Assembly (NCBI RefSeq): GCF_000281045.1
Contig: NW_008246130.1
Coordinates: 233,903 to 253,902 of the forward strand
From: Saprolegnia diclina VS20
Lineage: Eukaryota
Length of the DNA stretch: 20,000 nucleotides
Reading direction: 5' to 3'
Position numbers and translations under genes: made by a program. The notes beneath the pieces were generated by a model that had not been told where the DNA came from, ran no database searches, and worked only from the letters and a program-made list of their open reading frames with translations. Numbering within the stretch: the stretch's first letter is position 1; each line of letters starts with the position of its first letter. This document shows, one piece after another, positions 10,440 to 19,198 of the stretch.

Positions 10440-10847
10440 ATGATGATTGCGGAAGGGCTGGCGGTGCGGCCGTCCAGGCTGCCGAACGCCGGTGATGGGC
10501 TTTTCGCGACCAAGCCGTTCACCCCGGGGGACGCCGTTTGCGTGTACACAGGCGACATCCTTACGACAAGCGAGGCACTTCATGTGGCGAATAAGTCCTA
10601 CCTCATGCGCCTGGGGCAGGGCGTCTATGTTGACGCCCGCTCCCGACCCAACGTCGCCGCCCGCTACATCAACGACTGCCGCAGCCGTGGAGTCCACAAC
10701 GTCGTATTTGAGAAGGACCCTGCGCTGTGTCAGGCCATTGTGCGGGCCACGCGCCCCATCGCTGTTGACGACGAGATTTACGTCGATTACGGCACGTGGT
10801 ACTGGCTTGCCTACAACATGGCTCACAAGGCCAGTCGGATCAAATAA
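10440..10847 (+). CDS. Small stand-alone SET-domain protein (putative lysine methyltransferase), 135 aa
   Basis: SET motifs SRLPNAGDGLFA, YTG, ARYINDC, ATRPIAVDDEIYVDYG..YW; intronless. Confidence 0.85.
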   Translation: MMIAEGLAVRPSRLPNAGDGLFATKPFTPGDAVCVYTGDILTTSEALHVANKSYLMRLGQGVYVDARSRPNVAARYINDCRSRGVHNVVFEKDPALCQAIVRATRPIAVDDEIYVDYGTWYWLAYNMAHKASRIK

Positions 10848-10875
10848 TAAAGTGAATATGAGTAGTCTCTTCATT

Positions 10876-11443
10876 CTAGCGCTGCTGAAGAGACGCAGCG
10901 ATGGCAGCGGCCATGTCGTCGTCGTCGTTTTGGTTGCGGGCTAACGACGGGGATGTCGCGCTCTTAGCAAGACAAGGCAGGATAAGTCGCATGTCATTGG
11001 ATTTAATGCAGCTTTTAATGCATCGATATCTCGCTACGGACTCACGGGCAAGTACGGATTGTTTAGACTCTCACGTTTCGGTCGCCTTCCGAAGCGACGC
11101 TGCCGGAGTCAGTCGAGTTGCGACGGCCACGGCCGCCACTTCCAACGAGCATGCGCTCCCGGTCAAAGTTGTATTGAAAGACGTCCTACGACGCGTGTTC
11201 GAAACATGTTTGTGGATCAAGACACACCCGCGCCAACAAGTACTGCGCGTGACCATCAGGCATCGACGTCGGCGGAAGTTGCGGCCCCGTGTTGAGCGTC
11301 ACGCGGGTGTACTGCCCATGGACCGATAGTCAAGACGAGAGTTGCTGGGAGTCTACCTGGAGGAAGTTGTTGATGGGGTGAGTCGGCGACCTAGACGCAC
11401 GGCCAAGCGTGAGTTCACGGGCGTCGAAGTCTGTTCCTCACAT
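10876..11443 (-). CDS. Putative UMA-domain + UIM protein (UBAP1/MVB12-like), about 105 aa, 5 exons
   Basis: Exons 11443-11442 (AT), 11390-11357, 11311-11228, 11185-11075, 10962-10876; introns 51, 45, 42, 112 nt. Product MSPTHPINNFLQYTRVTLNTGPQLPPTSMPDGHAQYLLARDVFQYNFDRERMLVG...NDDDDMAAAIAASLQQR. The last acceptor is uncertain. Confidence 0.7.
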
Positions 11444-11696
11444 GCTTCAGCTGTGGTGTAACAATGGGAGTGCGTGATAACCGGATCTGGATAAGTGCAC
11501 GCGTAGCGAAGGCAGACAGAGAGGTCGGGTGCTGTTCCTTGCAGGTCATAGACTGGCAGTCAGCTTTACCTGTCACTTGTCGTGGCCAAGGCGAAAGATG
11601 CAATCACAAGGACCGGGTCAGTTTATTACAATAAGCCCCTAGTCGATGCGTCGTGTCATCGCCCTTTACAAAAACAACGGAGGTCGCATCAAGCGT

Positions 11697-12284
11697 TTAT
11701 TCGTCGTCTTCCTCAGCACCGCCGTTGGCGGCGGCAGCACGCTGGGCAGCGCGCTTGCGAGCGACACGGCCGGGGCGGCCCTGGCCGTACGGCGACGTGA
11801 CCGAGAAGTCAATGTGCTTTTCCGAGTCGAGGCGGACCATGAAGCTGGGCACATCGACGAGCTGGCGGCCGACACGGATGTGGCGCTGCTTGATCAAGCA
11901 ACGAGCGTGGTGGATGCTCTTGGCGAGACCCTGCTTGAAGACCTTGGTCTGGAGACGGCGCTCGAGGAGCTTCTGGATGTTCAAGCGCAAGACGAAATCG
12001 AGCTCGTTCTCGTCGTCGGCGAGGAGGCCGTAACGCTTAAGGCGGCGCATGAGAGCGGGGCCTTCGAACAAGCGCTTGGGGTCCTTGGCGTCGAGCGTAA
12101 GGAGCTGGCGGGCAGCCTTACGGAGCTTGGCCAAGGTGAACTGGACGCGCCAGATCTCACGCTTGCAGCGGAGACCGTACTCACCGACGAGCTTGAGTTC
12201 CTGGTCAAGGCGTTCCTTACCGAAGGCGCGCGTCGGCGTACGGTACGTCTTGCGGTAGTTGCGGTGGCGACTGATCTTAGGCAT
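11697..12284 (-). CDS. RPS9: Cytosolic 40S ribosomal protein S9 (uS4), 195 aa
   Basis: [74 protein letters not shown]. Confidence 0.97.
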   Translation of the reverse strand: MPKISRHRNYRKTYRTPTRAFGKERLDQELKLVGEYGLRCKREIWRVQFTLAKLRKAARQLLTLDAKDPKRLFEGPALMRRLKRYGLLADDENELDFVLRLNIQKLLERRLQTKVFKQGLAKSIHHARCLIKQRHIRVGRQLVDVPSFMVRLDSEKHIDFSVTSPYGQGRPGRVARKRAAQRAAAANGGAEEDDE

Positions 12285-12295
12285 GTTTTTCAAGG

Positions 12296-12310
12296 GACAA
12301 TGAAAATGAG
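12296..12310 (-). promoter_or_regulatory. INR/FPR-like core promoter of RPS9
   Basis: Minus strand CTCATTTTCATTGTC just upstream of ATG 12284. Confidence 0.6.
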
Positions 12311-12413
12311 GTTTCGACAAACAAAGCCCACGACTGGGGCAATACACGAGAACCAGCCAAACGCTGAGCGCAATTTAATATTGAGTTCGGATGTACCAGC
12401 CAACCAACGGACG

Positions 12414-12515
12414 GGCCAATCAGCGCCGGCGATTCTTCTTTCTTTTCTATAACAGGAACTTTTGTATGCTTGGACCACCCTTTGTAATAAAATACATTTG
12501 CCCGCCCATTGGCTG
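12414..12515. promoter_or_regulatory. Two CCAAT boxes upstream of RPS9
   Basis: GGCCAATCAG (CCAAT 12416-12420) and CCCATTGGCTG (ATTGG 12508-12512) both match the extended NF-Y consensus. Confidence 0.55.
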
Positions 12516-12713
12516 CACCCGACATAGTCCGGATACGAAGCCTCGTTTCCGGTCATCGCAAAAGGGCGGCAACCGAGCAATCACGCAGCAGCAGGGCGAC
12601 GAAGCCCGAAGAGAGCTCAGGTTGAGGTACCGTAGTGGCGGCACCATGCGAGCAAAGATGAACGAGAATGAAGATGGGATTATGCATGGCGGAGGATCGC
12701 GATCGACAACCGC

Positions 12714-14853
12714 TTATTGGTGGTACTTGTCGTAAAGCTTCTTTTGCTTCTCTTGCTCCTTGGCGAGCTTCTTGAGAGCGCCCTTGGAGACAGGTTCGCC
12801 ATCGACCGTGTGCGTCGGGAGACCGTCCGCTTCGTTGAAGGCCGAATACTTGTTCTTCTGGAGCTTGAACATGTCCTTCGGGTGCACCTCGGCGCGAGCC
12901 TTCTCTTCTGCCAGCTTGCGCTGCTCGTCGGCGATGCGCTGGGCCTTTGCGAGCTCCTTCGCCTTCTTCTCCTCTTCCTTGAGGCGGATCTCCTCGAGCA
13001 GCTCGTCCTTGTTGGCGAGCTTCCACACCGACGACGCGTTGGCGCGGTCTTCCAAGCGAACTCCGGCATGCGGCAGCTTTGCGTCGCGCACCGAGTCGCA
13101 GAGCTCCATGACCAGCTTGGCGAGGTTCGGGTCCTTGCTGAGGGCCGCGGCACGGACCTGGTCACGGAACTCGGCAAAGATGTCGAGGACAGGCGTCAGA
13201 ATCGTCTCTTGGTCACCCGACGCGCCGAGAGGGAAGCCAACGTCCATAGCGTCGGGGATGAGGCCAAAGACGCGGAGCATGTGCGTAATGTACTCGGCCG
13301 CGGCACGGAGGCACATCGAGACGTGCGGGATGTTGAGCGCGAGGTACCGGTTCACCTCCTTTGCAAGCTCTTGAAGCAACTGCAGCGCAAGCGGCGTGTT
13401 GAGGTCGTCTGCGAGGGCGGCGTGGACCTTCTCCTTGATCTCGAGCGTGCGGGCGCCAAGCTTCTTTTCGTGGACACCCCACTTTTGCGTCTGGTCGACG
13501 TTGATTTCGCGGAGTGCCACCTTGACGTTCTGGAAAAAGTTGGTGAAGAACGAGTCGACGCCGACGGCTTCGTCCATCGTATTGTCGTTGTAGTCCATCG
13601 GCACGTTGTACTTGTGGAGGAGGAAGAGGAACCGGAGCTGGCGCGGCGAGTTCATCGTGAGCGCTTCGTTGATCTTGACAAAGTTCTTGAGCGACTTGGA
13701 CATCTTCAGGCCCTCGATGTTGAGGTGGCCCGTGTGGATAAAGTAGTTGATCCACTGCTCAAAGTTGAAGTACGCCTCCGACTGCGCGATTTCGTTGTCG
13801 TGGTGTGGGAAGCGCAGGTCGATGCCACCCGTGTGAATGTCGATGCGACCACCTGCGAGGTCCTTGAGCGCGTCGCTGGCCATGGCCGAGCACTCAATGT
13901 GCCAGCTATCAAAAGCTTCCGGTCAGAACACAACACGACTGGACAAAGCATTGTCGCGTACCCGGGTCGGCCTTCGCCCCACGGACTTGCCCAGAAAGGT
14001 TCACCCTTCTTGGACTTCTTCCAAAGCGCGAAGTCGTTGGCGTTGCGCTTGTCGCTGGCGCCGACCGAGAGCGCGCCTACGCAACCCCGACGGTCAATAC
14101 ACAAAAACCACGAGCGACAACAAGGCATGTACCTTCGCCTTCTGCGAGGAGCTCTGACTGGCCGACGTTTTCAGGCACGAGCTTGCCATACGCCTTGCCC
14201 TTGGCGCTGCCAAATGCCTGCGTGTCGAAATAGACCGACCCGTTGCTCTCGTACGCGTAGCGGTTGGCAATGATGCCTTCGATGAACTCGACAATCTCGG
14301 GCATGTACTCGCTCACGCGCGTGAGAACAGTCGGCGGCTTGATGTTGAGCGCAGCCATGTCGTCCATAAAGGTCTTCTCGAACGTCTTGGCGAGTTCTTC
14401 AGCGCGCTTCATGTTGCTCTCAGCCGTTTGTTCGGACGCCCACTGCAAGACGACCTTAGCGGCCTCGTCCTTGGCCGCGGGCAGCGACTGGCCCGGGTGC
14501 GCGGCCGCCCAGCCGTGCTCGGCCGACCGCACAATGATCTTGTCATCAATGTCCGTGATGTTCATGACGAGCTTGACCTCGTAGCCAAAGTAGTCTTCGA
14601 GGATTCGGCGCACGTAGTCGAAGCACGTGTACGTACGGCCATGACCGAGGTGCGTAATGTCGTAGACCGTCGGGCCGCACATGTACCACGTCACGCACTT
14701 CTTCTGCATGGGCACGAATGGCGTCTTCGAGCGCGTCATGCTGTTGTAGAGCTTGAGCGGGTAGTGACGCTCCCAGTACTCAAGGAGCGAGTCCATCGGC
14801 TGCGGCATGTACCACGTTGGCTGCCCCTGCGTCGTCGAGCTCTTCTTCGCCAT
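12714..14853 (-). CDS. CARS1: Cytosolic cysteinyl-tRNA synthetase, 675 aa, 3 exons
   Basis: Exons 14853-14133, 14076-13962, 13905-12714 (two 56-nt introns). [14 protein letters not shown] (HIGH motif), [28 protein letters not shown] across the splice, [15 protein letters not shown]. Confidence 0.96.
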
Positions 14854-14865
14854 CGTCTCCAACTT

Positions 14866-14881
14866 GGAAATGGAAATGAGT
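14866..14881 (-). promoter_or_regulatory. INR/FPR core promoter of CysRS, within a 200-bp divergent CysRS/HIS6 intergenic region
   Basis: Minus strand ACTCATTTCCATTTCC. A plus-strand INR-like TCATTCG at 15031-15037 precedes HIS6. Confidence 0.65.
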
Positions 14882-15053
14882 CGACCGAATGGCAACGTGG
14901 CGACAGAAACAGTATTTCAAGTCGTATTACACTGTTTCGGATCATCTACTTGAAATCGTGTTGATGCCAGAAGAAAGTGCGAGCACGTGATTGCGGACGT
15001 GGGCCAACGATCGAGATCTTCTTTTGCCCTTCATTCGCAAAGCGACAGTGTGA

Positions 15054-16181
15054 ATGAAGTTCCGGCCTTGCATCGACATCCACGCCGGCGTTGTCAAGCA
15101 GATCGTCGGCTCAACGCTCTCGGACCGCAAAGACGCCGCCGGCCCAGTCACCAACTTCGTCTCGACTTTGAGTGCCGCGGATTATGCCACGTACGACGCA
15201 TCATGCACCATGATAGGTTAATGGGCTGACAAATGGCGGTGATAGGATGTACCAGCGCGACGGTCTGCGCGGCGGCCACATCATCATGCTAGGCGCCAGC
15301 GAGGCCAATGAGGCGGCGGCGAAGAGTGCACTGGCGGCCTTTCCGCACGGCATGCAAGTAGGCGGTACGATACGATGACGCCCCAGAGTGTTTGCATCCA
15401 TGCATTTCGACGTAGGTGGCATCACGGCCGAGAATGCGCGTATGTACCTCGACGCAGGCGCAAGCCATGTCATTGTGACGTCGTACGTATTCCGGAATGG
15501 CCACATTGACATGACGCGACTTGCGCAACTTGGCGACGTCGCGGGCAAGGATCGCGTGGTATGTTGTTAAGTTTTTATCTGAATCTCGAGCATCAAATAG
15601 GTCTTGGACTTAAGCTGCCGCAAGAAGGAAGATGGCCGCTTCTATATCATGACTGACCGCTGGCAAGTCTTTACCGACGTTTTCTTGAGGTACACACGGT
15701 GACTTCACGACTGATGAGTGGACGTCGATACATCGAGCTCTTGTAGCGAGGAGCTTTTACGCGAACTGGCACAGTACTGCGACGAGTATCTCGTGCATGC
15801 AGTCGATGTTGAGGGCAAGCGTTGTGGCATCCAGGTTGTTCACACTGACGTTTTTGAGTCGCTAAATCTCACCGAGCGCAGGAAGAGCTTGTGGACCTTC
15901 TCGGACGATGGTCGCCTATCCCCGTGACATACGCGGGTGGTGCACGCTCGCTCGTAAATCCCAAGGCGTCTTGCTCTGGTTCGAGACTTATGTGGTTGCT
16001 TCCATTAGAACGATTTGGGTCTCGTCGAACGCCTCGGTCACAACAAGGCACGAAGCGTGCCAAACGCAAAAGCGAGGCTTGACGTTTCTGTTTGTAGGTT
16101 GACTTGTCTATTGGGAGTGCTTTGGACATCTTCGGGGGAGACATCCCGTACGCCGCAGTCGTTGCGGCCTCGAAACAGTAG
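15054..16181 (+). CDS. HIS6: ProFAR isomerase, HIS6/HISN3 type (histidine biosynthesis), 256 aa, 8 exons
   Basis: Exons 15054-15190, 15246-15364, 15416-15558, 15601-15689, 15747-15834, 15882-15953, 16009-16047, 16098-16181. [77 protein letters not shown]. Confidence 0.93.
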
Positions 16182-16224
16182 ACGATTGATCTCAACGCAG
16201 TGTATTTCCAGCGTCTTATGCTTC

Positions 16225-16935
16225 TCAAGCCGGGGCCTTCTTGGGCTTGCGCTGCTTCCCGACGCGGTCGAGGTAGTTGACGAACGAAAGCTCGTCCGAG
16301 TCGCCAAACAGTGTCTTCATCTTCGTCTCGAGCTGCGCTTGGCCGTAGCGTGCAAACAGAATCGCCATCGTGTCGTCAGCGGTGATCGTACCGCACATCT
16401 TCTTGTCGTATGTCATGAACTGCACGACGTTGAATAAATTGACGGGCTCGAGCTCAGTCTTGTCGAGGAGGTTGCGATTGAACATACCCCGCAACTCTTC
16501 CCAGTCAACGGCGCCATCGAGGTTTTCATCGGCCTCCCAGATCATGTCACTAATCTCTTTCTTGGCGCACATCTTTCCGAGCGCCTTGATGGCATCGTAG
16601 AGGTCTTCGCTCTTGATAACACGCGAGGTCGACGCTGCCGCGCTGCTGAGCGCCGCTAGCTCCGATGTGTGCGCGTCCACGTCGGCTTCGACGGACCGCA
16701 GCTCGCATATTATCTCGGGTTGCGTCATCTTTTTGCCAGCGGCGTCAAAGATCGGCGCCGAGTTGCTCGAGAAGTTGGAATTGGCAAACTCGAGCTGCGC
16801 TTTTCGGTCGCGAAGCGTCGCAATACTCTGCCCGAGCTTTTTCTTCTGACGATAGCCCGCGAGATGGTCAAAGACGCGTCGGAGTTCGCGCTCTTCTTGG
16901 GCGATCATACCCTTGGTGTCACCATCGTCTGCCAT
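16225..16935 (-). CDS. EF-hand (calmodulin-like) calcium-binding protein with an inserted coiled coil, 236 aa
   Basis: EF loops DENLDGAVDWEE and DKKMCGTITADD; ELRRVFD at the N-terminus; a coiled-coil-like segment in between. Confidence 0.8.
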   Translation of the reverse strand: MADDGDTKGMIAQEERELRRVFDHLAGYRQKKKLGQSIATLRDRKAQLEFANSNFSSNSAPIFDAAGKKMTQPEIICELRSVEADVDAHTSELAALSSAAASTSRVIKSEDLYDAIKALGKMCAKKEISDMIWEADENLDGAVDWEELRGMFNRNLLDKTELEPVNLFNVVQFMTYDKKMCGTITADDTMAILFARYGQAQLETKMKTLFGDSDELSFVNYLDRVGKQRKPKKAPA

Positions 16936-17034
16936 TGCGGTCGCTTCAAAACTGACGTCGCAACGCCCGGCGGTTCAATCGATGCTTTCTCGTGCGATAA
17001 CACGGTATAAAAATAGGCACAAATCACCGACTGC

Positions 17035-17826
17035 ATGGACGACCTGGTCGAGGTACACGCGACGCAATACGGCCCACCACCTAAGACGCGCGAGGTCTAG
17101 GTACTGCAAAACGATCTTGTAAAAGAAGCGGCCCGCAGTCGACAGCTCGCGCGGGCCACATCGACCGTCGAGAAGTTGCGCCTCCAAAAGCGCTTCGAGC
17201 GTGAGCGGGACCACGTGAAAAAGCTCGTGCAAGTGCTGGCCAAAAACGTCGCTGTCCCCTTGGGGGATCCTCGCCGCAGGAATATCGCAAGCACAGACGA
17301 GAACACTGCACCGCGCCACCGCTGGGGAGACCGCCAACGGTCCGCACGCGGTCCGACGCTTATCATCGACAATCGCGCGACTTATTCGTCGCTTGTCTAG
17401 TGGCGTGCGGTGCGCGAACCGAGACAGTCCAAGACGTTGTGCGTCATTACGCGATGTGTCTGAGAGCTCATGCTGATGACATAATGCCAGGAATTCCATC
17501 GCTACGTGTGTCGGAAGGTTGCCGCGCAGCAGCAATCCACGAGGTCCAACAACTTGTTGACCGAGGCAGCACTGCGTGTGGTAAGCTCTTTGTTCGCCGA
17601 TATCATACGCACGGTGCGATCGTAGCACAAGTCCCAGCCCGAATTGCTGCAAGAAAAGCGCACCCTCTTGCACCAGCTCCACCGCGTAGTGGGGCAACAG
17701 CAGCGCAAGCTCGAGGACGACGCCATGACCGTTCGGTCCGCAGTCTCAAGTTTCAAGTCTCTGGCTCTACAACGCCCCGTGACGCAACGCTACGTTCCGT
17801 TTAGCGACGTGGCAAGCTCATCATAG
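17035..17826 (+). CDS. Hypothetical protein, about 198 aa, 5 exons
   Basis: Exons 17035-17052, 17101-17350, 17401-17438, 17491-17580, 17626-17826. Four GT-AG introns (48, 50, 52, 45 nt) give a continuous frame: MDDLVEVLQNDLVKE...KRFERERDHVKKLV...EKRTLLHQLHRVVGQQQRKLE. No known domain recognised. Confidence 0.65.
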
Positions 17827-17831
17827 ACTCG

Positions 17832-17883
17832 AAGCTGCGCATCAGCATACTTCATTCAAGCTGCGCATCAGCATACTTCATTC
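17832..17883. repeat. Perfect 26-bp tandem duplication
   Basis: AAGCTGCGCATCAGCATACTTCATTC at 17832-17857 and 17858-17883. Confidence 0.95.
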
Positions 17884-18273
17884 TTCTTCTTTAAACGGCG
17901 GCGGGCCGCACGGCTGGAGCATTTTCTACACCGAGAAGTCACCTCTGTGTGCGCCCATTTATTTTGATACCTCGAGCATGGTGTAGCGAACGCGGCCGAG
18001 CGACTCGTTCTCGGCGACAGCAAAGTACGTGAGCATGTCGTTATGACCAATGTGCGATGCGAGCGTATCACGGTGCTGGTTCACGGCCCATTCGCTACAC
18101 GTTCGATGAGGCCAGGACCGCAGACCCACAGCAACGTACAACTTAGACGTGTCGGCGTGTCCAGTACCGACGTACTTGGCTTGGAGGTGCTCCCACTGGC
18201 GGTTGATGTTGTAACGATCAGCGGCCTACGCAGCATGAGCACCTGGGCTGCCTTCACTCCATCCTCCCACCAT
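17878..18273 (-). CDS. SF3B5: Splicing factor 3B subunit 5 (SF3b10), 86 aa, 4 exons
   Basis: Exons 18273-18271, 18225-18140, 18094-17971, 17925-17878; three 45-nt introns. Product MAADRYNINRQWEHLQAKYVGTGHADTSKFEWAVNQHRDTLASHIGH...AVAENES..RVR...LEKMLQPCGPPP. Confidence 0.95.
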
Positions 18274-18604
18274 CTTGTCTCTTCCTTGGTTCTGCCACCG
18301 CAAGCGCTATCCGGTTGGTGGATGCGTCCGGATACATGTGGAGGCTGAAAAAAGGATTCGAACGACGCGTCACGTGGCTCTGAGGGAACAGTGACCAGCG
18401 ACCAACGTGCGTTGATGACGGCGACGTGCTCTGTGGCCACTTGCCCCGCAGTCGCATGTACCGCTCAGGCATGGGGCATCAGCTAGAGAAACGTCGAGAG
18501 CCGGCCCAGAACGATTTTCCGGATAATACTGCCCCTTGGTATCCGGTTACCTCATCCTGGCAGCGTTGTTTCCTGGCCACCTCCCACTTGCGACGAGAGC
18601 GCCG

Positions 18605-18970
18605 ATGGCCCGCGACGACTACGACGACGACAGCGGGCTGGTCCATGCGGAGATCCCGACGACGTTCCGCGAGCTACGCGCTTGTATGATCTGCTCCCTC
18701 GTGAAGACGTACAGCCAGTTCTACGAGAGCGGCTGCGACAACTGCGCCGTGCTCAACATGCAGGACAACCGCCAACGCGTGACGGATTGCACGACCGCGT
18801 ACTTTGAAGGCATGATTGCGATGATGCAGCCGCGCGAGAGCTGGGTCGCCAAGTGGCGCCGCATCGGTCGGTTCGTGCCAGGCATTTATGCCGTCTCGGT
18901 CACGGGAGAGCTCAACGATAGCATCAAAAAGTACCTGGAGGATTCCAACATTCCTTATCGCACAGACTAA
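18605..18970 (+). CDS. SPT4: Transcription elongation factor Spt4, 121 aa
   Basis: LRACMICSLVKT..QF...GCDNC zinc finger; CTT..FEG.IAMM.P..SWVAKW; PGIYAVSVTGEL. Confidence 0.95.
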   Translation: MARDDYDDDSGLVHAEIPTTFRELRACMICSLVKTYSQFYESGCDNCAVLNMQDNRQRVTDCTTAYFEGMIAMMQPRESWVAKWRRIGRFVPGIYAVSVTGELNDSIKKYLEDSNIPYRTD

Positions 18971-19198
18971 TACAGCTGCGTGTCGTGAGTGCACTGATCT
19001 TGATGTTTCATGCCTTTGTGAGTACAAGTGATTCCTCGGGACCTTATGCAGATGATCCTCGCGCTTTTCTGCCATTGTGGGTAGGCCATGGTGACGTGAT
19101 GGGCGTGGAAGCGCAAGCAAAATTGCCAAGACAAATAGAGGTACAATCGTATTCGAGCTATAAAGGTCCACTACACCAACAAGATGAAGGTGTCGCGT

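Noticed and set aside
10963..11074. Intronic snoRNA in the long intron
   Set aside because: No C box (RTGATGA) with terminal D box (CTGA), and no clear H/ACA architecture.
10901..11329. 142-aa plus-strand ORF
   Set aside because: No domain. The region is better explained by the spliced minus-strand UMA/UIM gene with canonical short introns.
12200..12284. RPS9 N-terminus [12 protein letters not shown] as a sign of a specialised paralogue
   Set aside because: It differs from the common PRRPFEKERLD, but the rest is canonical and I cannot tell lineage variation from paralogy without an alignment.
1616..14273. Long antisense or alternate-frame ORFs (e.g. 1633-2484, 3831-4982, 5799-6521, 11646-12452, 12717-14273)
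   Set aside because: They shadow well-identified genes on the opposite strand, as expected from GC3-rich codon usage, and have no recognisable motifs.
16975..17697. 240-aa minus-strand ORF
   Set aside because: It is antisense to a plus-strand model supported by four consistent short GT-AG introns, and the translation has no recognisable features.
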